Assembly (NCBI RefSeq): GCF_046119375.1
Contig: NW_027362771.1
Location: 623,720,001 to 623,784,000, forward strand
Direction of reading: 5' to 3'
DNA length: 64,000 nt
Source: Phyllobates terribilis
Taxonomy: Eukaryota
A program made the position numbers and the translations under genes. The notes beneath the pieces were generated by a model. That model ran no database searches. It was not told the DNA's origin and saw only the letters and a list, made by a program, of their open reading frames with translations. Numbering within the stretch: position 1 is the stretch's first letter; each line of letters begins with the position of its first letter. Positions 1 through 10,734 of this stretch are shown here, piece after piece.

Positions 1-2313
1 AACAGCTCAACCTGCTTTTCTGCTCAGCCACACTCAGGTGGCACAAATATCAGCTTCGTAGACTACTATTGCTAGAAAAATTTACACAACTGTGGGACCG
101 AGGGCTGGCTGCTGTGCTGAGAGAGGGTGGAGTAGGGTGAACACAACAAACTGCTGGACTGTGAGTGAGGTGCAGGTGGAGATGTTCTGGTGGACTGAGA
201 AAGATGTGGTGTGCTCGATGAAACAAAAACAGCAGGCATGTCCACTTCCGTAACAGCTGACGGGCTCTCACTCACCCCAACTGTAGAGGGTAAACAAGTA
301 GAGGTTCTGCGGCAAGAGACCTTTGTGAGAACACTTACCAACGTGATGGAGGAGGAAGAAGCAGCAGATGCGGTTGATGGGGCGGCTGATGGTTGTTGAG
401 GTCCGCTAGTCCGCATTTTAGCACAGTGAGATTCCCAGACTAACGCATGTTGTTTGAGCATGTGCTGGTTCATGCATGTAATAGTCAAATTATTGCATTT
501 TTTGCCTCTACTGAGTAGTTTTTTACCAAGGTGGCAGCTAATGTGAGTTGGGTCATCCTTTGCGGTCTCAAAAAAGGCCCAGGCTAGGCAACCCTTGCCA
601 TCGCTGCGAACTGCAGACCTGTGATCGTTGCTGGCCTCAGCCAGAGTTGTGGCTGAGGCTACAGTGCTCAGCGTGGTTGTATCACTCTGTGTCTGTGCGG
701 GAAGCCGCATCGTAACCTCCACCTCCTCTGCTGAGCTACTCAGCTACGTGCCTCTGGGTTCACACCAAGTGGGATCTACAACCTAATCGTCATCCTCTCT
801 GTTCTACCATTGCTTGCCCTGAAAGTCACGCTCCTCATCTTCCTGCCCTGACAGCACAGTATAGTCCGCATGCGCCTCAGGTATGTGAGTCTCATCAGGA
901 TCACCTCCACCCCCCGGGGGGTTAATGTTTGGTGACGAGGGTCAGGATGCTGCTTGGACCCTACTTTGTCCTGCCCCAGGTCCAACTGAAAAAAGTTTTG
1001 GGCATCAGTGCAGATACTTTCTTCCTCTTGAGTCTGTTAATCTTTGGAGCAGACTTCTGATGCCCATGGCATAGAATGTGTGAACAGCTCTGCAGACTCG
1101 CCCATCTGTGATTCCCTACAGTCAGTTGGCCAGTTGGAGAGTTGTGACCTCTGTGGACTGTACTGTATGTGATATTGAGGTGGAGGAAGAGAAGGAGAGG
1201 CCACTTGAAGCAGCGCTTTCCATCCGCTGGAGCACATGCTCTTTCTGGCCCTCATCTACAAGGCGTACCGCTGTTAAGCTGATAAAGAAAGGGAGTCGAG
1301 TAGCCCGTCCAGTAACAGAAGTTGTCAGTTGTCTTTGGATAGGAAGAGACGGTGTTTGTACAGTAGAGCTTTCAGTTTACCACCTACCCTACACCTTGAA
1401 CACCAAGCCTATTCCCCCTTCCACCATGACCTCGCATTTTCCTCACTCATGTTGGCTGTACTCGTGCCCTCTTTTAACCAGCTGTTTCACAACCCTAGGC
1501 CCAGACCTGACAGTCACCTGTCACTAAATTAATAATCAGTATTTATTTGATGTTATAGTGTGACTGGACCAAACAATTAACACAGAGGGATTTAGATTCT
1601 GAAATGTGGACTGGTGTCTGGACCACACAATTAGAACAAAAGAATTTTGATTCTAAAATGTGGGCTGGTGTCTGGACCACACTATTAGCACAAAAGGATT
1701 TAAATTCTGAAATGTGGACTCCTGGCTGGACCACACTATTAGTACAAAAAAAAATATATGCTGAAATGTGGCGTGGTGTCTGGACCACACAATTAACACA
1801 AAGGATTGATATGCTGGAAGGTCAATTTTACACAGGATCCTATCTATCTGAACTAGCTGACAATAAACTGCCTAGATAACAGTGAAACAGCCTCTCTACG
1901 CTGTTTCACTGACAAAATAGCGCCAAAACAACATGCCCACTTTTTATATTGAGAAGGTAATGTAACTTTGGCAGCCAGTGACACAAGACCTTGTGTCTGG
2001 ACATTGTGGATGGTTTCTGTGCCCTGATTGGCCGCCGGAATCTCCACACATTAAGTTAATAAAAAAAAATAACAGTCTGCCACTCCTCTGACCTCTCCCC
2101 AACCCCTCCCCTCATCAAACACGCCCCCCCACACATCATACAGCACCACTATCCTTACCAAAGTCCTAACAAAAGCATTAGCGCAAACTCGATCATTTAC
2201 CGAACTTTGGCTGAATCTTGCAAGTTTTGAGGAAAATGCTCAAATCCGAATGTACATTGTTCGTGCCGACTTTGAGATTGGCGAACATTTTCCGAACAAA
2301 TTCGCTCATCTCA
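1..2313 (-). mobile_element. Degenerate hAT-family DNA transposon, 5' part, running off the window start; lies in intron 1 of V2R gene A
   Basis: TIR-like end TTCGCTCATCTC at ~2301-2312, the same terminus family as the 15300-24489 element. ORF 72-722 carries a decayed BED zinc finger (AWAFF..AKDDPTHISCHLGKKLLSRG..CMNQHMLKQH), paralogous to the 17098 ORF. Confidence 0.8.
1563..1800. repeat. ~55-bp tandem repeat, 5 copies, inside the hAT remnant
   Basis: GTCTGGACCACAC(A/T)ATTA-like core recurs at ~1566, 1620, 1674, 1728 and 1782. Confidence 0.8.
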
Positions 2314-2555
2314 AATCACCTTCCTTTTTAAGAAAGGAGAATGTTACTCTGATCATCATGATTACACTAGTCCAGGTGATACCCTCAAATCAATACTTAT
2401 AGTGTCAGCCTAGGGTGTTTTAAAAAAGGAAGCAGGCATAGAAGATCTATAAGACCAGAGAGGGGGTTAAAGAGAAAAATACTACATGTTCTGCTACCTA
2501 GATAAAGATATATGCAAAAATAAAACCTTCAACTTTCTACATTTTACTCCATTAG

Positions 2556-2844
2556 ACTTGAAGTTCGATCCTACCAGGTCATGCAGGCTTTTATCTTTGC
2601 CGTGGAGGAGATCAATAAAAATCCAGATCTTCTTCCCAATATCACTCTGGGATTCCAGATTTATGAAACTTGTACTGTGCTGAGAAGAGCAGCAGAAGGC
2701 ACCTTATGGATGTTATCAGGAAGGGAACCAAGTGTCCCAAATTATCGTTGTAGTGAAGAAGGGTTTGCTGGGATTGTTGGTGATTCTGGATCTCCACGCT
2801 CAATCCTCATGGCCCAAATCTTGGGTCTATACAGATATCCACAG
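2556..2844 (+). CDS. Vomeronasal type-2 receptor (V2R) gene A, exon 2
   Basis: AG at 2554-55 and GT at 2845; 289 bp; encodes QAFIFAVEEINKNPDLLPNITLGFQIYETC...YPQ, a class C GPCR Venus-flytrap signature. Confidence 0.93.
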
Positions 2845-3263
2845 GTAAGGTGAACATTGTCCTCCTTGTTTGAGGAATACTTTATGCCTTGGAGCTGTTC
2901 TTCCTAGCCTAAATAAGTCTATGTGCACATATTCCTTTTCCTCACATGTTGTATCTACATTACTATAATCGTTACACCTCTATGTTTCTATCTGAAATTG
3001 CTTGAATTGGTTCATGCAAACAGCAAGGGCCACATGACAACCAACTCACATGTAATTCATATCAAGATTTGTCATGTCAGATTTTTACAGCGCTTCACTC
3101 CCTAGATTTGATTACCTAATGTGACCCATGTTACTATTTGCGTAGTCAATATGGCCACAATATTTATTCAAACCAGGACAAAAGAAAATACTGATGGTCC
3201 TCAGGTAGGAGAAGGCTACTTTATATTTGCTTCTAAAGTTATTTTTCTTTCATTTATCTACAG

Positions 3264-4085
3264 ATAAGTTACTTCTCCACCAGTCCATTCCTCAGCAATA
3301 GGAACTTGTTCCCCTCCTTTTTCCGCACAGTACCAAGTGACGCGTTTCAATATCGAGGTCTAGCTGAGCTAATTCTGTACTATGGTTGGACATGGGTTGG
3401 GTTACTGGCTTCCGATAATGATTATGGTCAACTTGGCATTCAGGTGGTAAAGCAACAAATAGTGCAAGCTGGAGCTTGTGTGGCCTTCATTGAGAATATC
3501 ATTACTGAACAATCAAACCGAGGTGCTCCATATATCGTTAATGTTATCAAAGACTCACCAGCCAAGGTGGTGCTAGTCTTGTCTTCAGAATATGATTTCA
3601 TGTTTGTGGTGGAAGAGTTGGCCAGACAAAACATAACTGGGAAAGTCTGGATAGCCAGTGAATCATGGTCAACTTCTATCCTTCTTAACAAGGAAAAGTT
3701 CCAACCAGTCTTGATGGGTACTATAGGTTTTGCTATTCGTGGGGGACAGATGGCTGGATTTGTAGAACATCTAAATAACTTACATCCATCAGAGTCTCAA
3801 AATGATCACTTTTTACTTGAGTTTTGGGAGGAGACATTTTCTTGCAAGTGGACCGACCTCCATGCTAGAGCTCATGGCATGTTGAACCAAACAGTCAATG
3901 AATGTATTGGTGATGAAAAATTAGGAAGTGCCATGGCTAACGTGGACCTTAGAATAACATTTAATGTCTACACAGCAGTTTATACATTTGCATGGGCCAT
4001 ACATAACTTGCTGAAATGTGAACAAGGAAAGAGTCCTTTCCTTAATGGTACTTGTGCAAACATCTCATCTTTACATCCTTGGCAG
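3264..4085 (+). CDS. V2R gene A, exon 3
   Basis: CAG/GT boundaries; 822 bp, open; ISYFSTSPFLSNRNLFPSFFRTVPSD...LHPWQ. Confidence 0.95.
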
Positions 4086-4789
4086 GTAAAGAAGTTGTCC
4101 ATTTATATTTGTGACTACTAAAAGCTTCTGGGCTCCAGCAGATGAACAGAGATGAGTTCTTGTAAGGACATAGAAGTCTCTAAAGGTTTTGAGTCCCCTA
4201 CATGCCATATGGTAGGCAGGAGTAATCTTTTAGTTGTCGTCCGAATGACTGTTCTACAAATATATCACCCAACTCTTCAATACCCAGGAGCGGTCGCTCA
4301 GCCAGGTGTTCCTGTGTCATCTATGAAAGAGATGTCTGACAACAGCAACTTTTCCTAAGAGAACATAAATATCTGGAGACCAATATCAGATATTCCAGAT
4401 ACACAACTCCCTCAACAATCATCGGTTAGGGGGCCCCATATGCATTATACTGTTGGCCAAACTTGTCGATATTGACAGTTTCTGCCAACATTTTGCTAAT
4501 GTGTATGGGGTCTTTTAGACATTTTGCATTGGAACCCAATAGCTTCAAGATGAGTCACCAGGTTATCCATAAACTTTAGAGACACCTGCAGAAACTCAGT
4601 GGGCTTGAGAACAGTTTTTGGTTTTCTCTCCTTCTGGGGAAAGCTTGCAGTAGACAACAGTTGAGTGAGCTTTGTGATACTTGGTTGAATAAAAGATGAT
4701 CTCAGGCTTTATAAATTTTACATTTGTGACTAATTATAATAAATATAAATAGTATAAAATAAATTAATGAATCATTTCTATTTCTTCAG

Positions 4790-5008
4790 CTCCTTCATTA
4801 TATTAAGACTGTAGATTTTGAGACTAAAGACAAAATGAACATATTTTTTGACAATAAAGGGGATCCTCCAGCCTTATATGACATTGTAAACTGGCAGCGG
4901 AGCGCCACTGGTTCCATGGAGCAGAAGATAGTGGGAAGTTATGATTCCAGATCCCCGGAAGGGAATCGAATGAAAATTAACAATGCAGCCATTATATGGA
5001 ACACCGAG
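4790..5008 (+). CDS. V2R gene A, exon 4
   Basis: 219 bp; LLHYIKTVDF...GDPPALYDIVNWQ; AG/GT boundaries; same size as gene B exon 4. Confidence 0.93.
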
Positions 5009-5880
5009 GTAGGATATTATATTCTGCCCAGATTTAATCCCACACGCAAGTATATTGGGGACTGGGTGTCGGAGATTTGGCAAGTGGAACTTTATGGTAC
5101 TTTCTTTTCGGTCAGAATTTTTTTGTTGCCATTTTGGCAGCAGTGGGACAACCTTGTTCTGGTTCCAGGGAATTCCAAATTGTTCCCCTCTACCTTCCCT
5201 AGATCCTTGTTGTAATGCTTGATAATCCCTACAATTCTTAGTTATAACACATACTCCACATTTGCCTTCACCACGTATCCCCTTCGCACATGTGCAATTC
5301 TCAATACATCGCTATATGTCCATCAAGCCATTACTTTGTAATCGATTCCACTAGCTCCTAAAGCTTCTTTCCTGGCAGCCGCCCTCGCCTCCATGCTTTG
5401 TATGTCTGAAGGTGGCAATACCCCTTTGATTATTGTCAGAAGATCATGTGTTTGAGGTGGTTTCAGACTTCACCGGTGGTAAATGCTGTGGGAAATAAGA
5501 ATTGGGCCTTTACATTTTAGCATGCCGAATTGTGAGGGAAAATAAGCTGCTACTAGAGTTGTCTGCTAGTTGTTTACTCCCTTTTCCTCATTCAGAACAC
5601 ATGTAAACTAAAGCAAACGAGTGTGCCTTTGTATTGTCGAATAGCTCTTAGGCGGACAGCTATCTGAGCTGTATGACCAATTTTAGAGTTTTTTCCAGCC
5701 ATATATTTGGTCTCCTAACTAAGCATCTACCTATTATGTTAGCTTGTTGCACAGCCACCCACTTCAAGCTTTGACAGAATACTTACAGGTGAAATATCAG
5801 GCTCTGCATTGTACCTATGTAATACCTTGTTCTCAAGCTTTCAATGTGTAAATGTCCATATTGTGAAATCTTATAATTAG

Positions 5881-6004
5881 ACTCCTCAATCAAAATGCAG
5901 TCCGAGCTGTCCTTTGGGATCTCGAAAGGCAACAATTCCAGGAAAGCCCACGTGTTGCTTCAAATGTGTCCAGTGTCCAATAGGAGAGATTGCAAATGAG
6001 ACAG
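5881..6004 (+). CDS. V2R gene A, exon 5 (cysteine-rich domain)
   Basis: 124 bp; TPQSKCSPSCPLGSRK...CCFKCVQCPIGEIANET; AG/GT boundaries. Confidence 0.93.
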
Positions 6005-6079
6005 GTACCTTTAAAACAATAGAAAGGTATTACGTAGCTTATATGTGGAATTTACAAATAATCTCATGTTCTTCTCTAG

Positions 6080-6999
6080 ATGCTGTGGAGTGCCAAAAAT
6101 GCTCTTGGGATACTTGGCCCAATACCCAGCAGAACATTTGTTTACGAAGAACCATTGAATTTCTCTCCTATGATGAAGCCATGGGCATCAACTTGGCAGC
6201 CCTGTCAATTGTTTCATCTCTCATCCCTATTGGAGCTCTAAGCATCTTTATTCGTTACAACAAAACACCGATAGTCCGAGCCAATAACTGGTCCCTTAGT
6301 TGTCTTCTCCTTGTTGCCTTATTTTTCTGCTTCCTTAGTTCATTAGCTTTCATTGGATATCCACATCCTGAGAAGTGTCTATTGCGTCAGGTGGCATTTG
6401 GTTTGGCTTTTACTCTCTGCATCTCTTGCGTCTTGGCCAAAACCATAACAGTGGTTATTGCTTTCAAAGCCACCAGGCCTAGGACTAGATTACGACGATG
6501 GACTGGTGGAAAGTTGTCCTTCTCTGTTATTGTGATTTGTGTTCTGGTCCAGATATCAGTCTGTGTAACTTGGCTTTCTTACTCTCCTCCATTCCCTGAG
6601 CATGACATCCATACTCCATCCAGGGTCATCATTCTTAGCTGTAATGACGGGTCTCCTTTTGCATTTTGGGTTATGTTGGGGTATTTGGGTCTTCTGGCCA
6701 CTATCAGCTTCATTGTGGCCTTCTTGGCTAGGAGACTTCCTGACAGTTTCAATGAAGCCAAGTACATTACATTTAGCATGCTGGCCTTCCTTTGTGTCTG
6801 GATTTCCTTCATCCCAGCAACTCTCAGCTCCCGTGGGAAGTACACAGTGGCCATGGAGATCTTCGCCATACTTTCCTCCAGTTGGGCCGTTGTCGTTTGT
6901 ATATTCTTACCCAAATGTTTCATCATATTGTTTCAACCTCATTTGAATGTAAGGCAAAATCTAATGAGAAAAGGTTTTGGCCAAAGTAGGACATCCTAG
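6080..6999 (+). CDS. V2R gene A, exon 6 (7TM domain and C-tail)
   Basis: 920 bp to TAG; motifs TPIVRANN, CLLRQ, LPDSFNEAKYITFSML and AMEIFAILSS. Confidence 0.96.
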
Positions 7000-7241
7000 T
7001 TCTATCCTTGACCTTCATATTGATTACTTCACCCCTACCCACCAACCCTACTAGATATTGCTTAAGAAGAGTCAAAATATTATGTAAAACTGAACATTTC
7101 AACTGTAAATATATGTCTAAAAGTGTAGTTATCTCATATATTATATACACTGTGAATACAAATGGACACAGCGTGCCCATGACAATTCTTCATATTCTAT
7201 GTTTTGCAGTTTAACTTGCTCATATCAACATTGTGCAGATC

Positions 7242-9106
7242 ATAGAATCATAGAATCATAGAATCATAGAATGGTAGAGTTGGAAGGGACCTCCTGGGTC
7301 ATCTGGTCCAACCCCCTGCTCAAAGCAGGATTCACTAAATCATCTCAGACAGATGTCTGTCCAGCCTCTGTTTGAAGACGTCCATTGAAGGGGAACTCAC
7401 CACCTCTCGTGGCAGCCTGTTCCACTCATTAATCACCCTAACTGTCAAAAAGTTTTTTCTAATATCTAATCTGTGTCTCCTCCCATTTAGTTTCATCCCA
7501 TTGCTTCTAGTCTTTCCTTGTGCAAATGAGAATAAAGATGATCCTTCTACAATGTGACAGCCCTTGACATATTTGTAGACAGCTATTAAGTCTCCTCTCA
7601 GTCTTCTTTTTTGCAAGCTAAACATTCCCAAATCCTGCAACCGTTCCTCATAGGACATGGTTTGCAGACCAGTCACCATTCTGGTCGCTCTTCTCTGAAC
7701 TTGCTCCAGTTTGTCTATGTCTTTTTTAAAATGTGGTGCCCAAAACTGTACACAGTATTCCAGATGAGGTCTGACCAAAGAGGAGTAAAGACCAATAATG
7801 ACTTCACGTGATCTAGACTGTATGCTTCTGTTAATACATCCCAGAATTGTATTTGCCTTTTTTGCTGCTGCATCACACTGTTGACTCATGTTCAGTCTAT
7901 GATCTATTAGTATACCTAAGTCTTTTTCACATGTACTGTTGCTTAGCTCTATTCCTCCCATTCTGTATATGCTTTTTTCATTTTTATTGCCCAGATGTAG
8001 TACTTTGCATTTTTCCCTGTTAAAAACCATTCTGTTGGTTGCTGCCCACTGCTCCAGTTTATTTAGGTCTTTTTGAATCCTCTCTCTCTCTTCTCTAGTA
8101 TTAGCTATCCCTCCTAGCTTTGTGTCATCAGCAAATTTAATCAGTTTACCCTCAATTCCTTCATCTAAATCATTGATAAAGATGTTGAACAATACAGGTC
8201 CCAGGACGGAGCCCTGTGGTACCCCACTTGAGACATTCATCCAGCTGGATGTGAAGCCATTTACAATCACCCTTTGAGTCCGATCACTAAGCCAGTTATG
8301 AATCCACCTAACAGTTGCCTGGTCCATTGCATACTTGGTCATTTTTTCAATAAGGATGGTGTGAGATACTTTGTCAAATGCTTTGCTGAAGTCAAGATAT
8401 ACTATATCTACAGCATTTCCCTGATCCACCCAGTCAGTGATTCTGTCATAGAAGGAAATTAAGTTAGTCTGACATGACTTGTTAGTTATAAACCCATGCT
8501 GACTCTGGTTAATCACTTCATTCTTATCCAGGTACTTACATACATGTTGTTTAATAATTTGTTCAAAGATCTTTCCTGGTATAGAAGTCAGACTCACCGG
8601 CCTATAGTTCCCTGGGTCCACCTTCTTCCCCTTTTTGAAGATAGGAACAACATTTGCTCTTCTCCAGTCTTCTGGGACTTCTCCTGTTCTCCAAGAATTT
8701 TCAAAGATTATGGAGAGTGGTTCTAAAATTTCTTCTACGATCTCCTTCAGTACTCTGGGGTGTAATTCATCTGGACCTGGAGACTTGAACTCATTTATGT
8801 TAGCTAAATATTCCCTCACAATCTTTCTGTTTACAGATAACTTGGATTCTTCTATTCCTTTAAAAGGACAGTGAAGATCAGTTGATGTTACATTTTCTTT
8901 CTGAGAGAAAACAGATGCAAAATAGGAATTAAAAAGTTTGGCCTTCTCAACATCCTCTCTTACCATTTCTCCATTTTCATCCTGTAAAAATCCTATAGCA
9001 TCTTTGACTTTTCTTTTACTTTTGACATACCCCCAAAATCCTTTTTTATTGCTTTTGACATCTCTTGCAAGCCTTAATTCATTGTCAGCTTTAGCTAACC
9101 TGATAC
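7242..9106 (-). mobile_element. 5'-truncated CR1 LINE with an uninterrupted RT reading frame
   Basis: ORF 7335-9149 with [27 protein letters not shown] and KFADD; 3' tail (ATTCTATG)x4 at 7241-7272, the typical CR1 8-bp tail. Confidence 0.95.
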
Positions 9107-9119
9107 ATTCTATGATTCT

Positions 9120-9302
9120 AATTCCAGGAAAGCCCACGTGTTGCTTCAAATGTGTCCAGTGTCCAATAGGAGAGATTGCAAATGAGACAGGTACCTTTAA
9201 AACAATAGAAAGGTATTACGTAGCTTATATGTGGAATTTACAAATAATCTCATGTTCTTCTCTAGATGCTGTGGAGTGCCAAAAATGCTCTTGGGATACT
9301 TG
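9120..9302 (+). pseudogene. 183-bp duplicate of V2R gene A exon 5 (3' half), intron 5 and the start of exon 6
   Basis: By-eye identical to 5934-6116, including the 75-bp intron; abuts the CR1 5' end. Confidence 0.92.
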
Positions 9303-10734
9303 AGATCCAAGTCAACTGCATCATAAATTTTCACACCATATAGAGATTTAATTAGCATTAAATAAGATGTGGACATTGATGTGGGCAGTGATGTGGATCC
9401 ACACAATGTAACTGTCAATGAATTACCAGAGCGCAGAAGAAAAAATGTTCTACTAAGCCCGCATATATATTAGACTTAGGTCAGTGATCTCGCCTATGTA
9501 TTGGGATCAGCCAACAGTCTGATTAATATTGGGTCCTCCCGACCCTCACTTAACAGATTATGATCAGAGAGAGAAAGATGCGGCTGCTGGATTTCAGAGG
9601 CCGATACTTTTTGTTTCGCCATGCAGAAAAGCTGCTGCCAGAGGAAATTTTCCCGTGGTTTTCTCAGAGAACACAGGAGAGTTCGGTCGAGCAGAATGTC
9701 GGGATATATAGTTATTGACTGAACAATAAGGTGGATGGCAGATATCTAATGTGTATGAGTGGCTTTTAGAGATCTGGTGCCATCTTTCGTTTTACCATCC
9801 CCGATTCCAATTTTATTGAATGCCTCAGTCATAAATAAGACTAATAAATACATGCAACATAAAACTAATTGTATTCTACTTTTTTGTTTCCTACATCAAA
9901 AAACTCATCAGATTTTGGATGGCACCAATTAATGGCAGCCATTATTGCGCCTATAAGAAAGGGGCAATTGGTAGCAGTTGAATCTGGACCCTGGTGCTTG
10001 AAGAAGCCCAAATGTTCACTTTGCCACTTAAGACACCATGATTATATATGACACTTGATAGGGAGGTGGTGTTTTAGATATTGCTTTGGCACCCAGGAGC
10101 TTCACATTACACCTCTGCTCATAGGGTGGTCATCCAGTTTTCCACAGATCATGAATTCCCACTTGCTGTCCTCTCCTGTCTACTGCTGTTACATCCAGAA
10201 AAGAAAGGGTTACGAATGAAGGGAAGGCAGATAACCTATATCTTTATCAACGACCAGACTAAATATTTGGTACCATGTCATCCAAAACTAAATGTGGACA
10301 ATGTATACGTCTAGTAAGAATGGCAGATTCTTCGTAATCTACTAGATCTGGAAGCCATGATTAATATCTATGGTAAAATTCATGTTGGTAGCATAGTTGG
10401 CATCGCCTAGCATGGAGCAAGAACACCAAGGTCAGGAAAGGAGGAAATGTTGAACCTTTCTATCAACTATCATGGATCTGAACCATCACTTGTGGAATAC
10501 TTAGGGAACTGCTTGATTTCAATTGTACAAGTCTCTCAATGTTAACCGACTCCGGTGATCAACTGTGATCTTTGGTGGAATCCACCAGCAAAAATTCCTT
10601 ACAGCACCACCACACGAGAAATAAAGCATTACATGTTCCCCATTAAAATCAATGTGATGTGCAGAGGTGTAGTCCTCTGAGAGACGTTCTCACCAGGATT
10701 TTCTTGCTCTTGTATTAGACTTTTTATAAAATAA

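Noticed and set aside
8938-9303. ORF resembling a third V2R gene
   Set aside because: It is antisense CR1 sequence fused to a 183-bp duplicated fragment.
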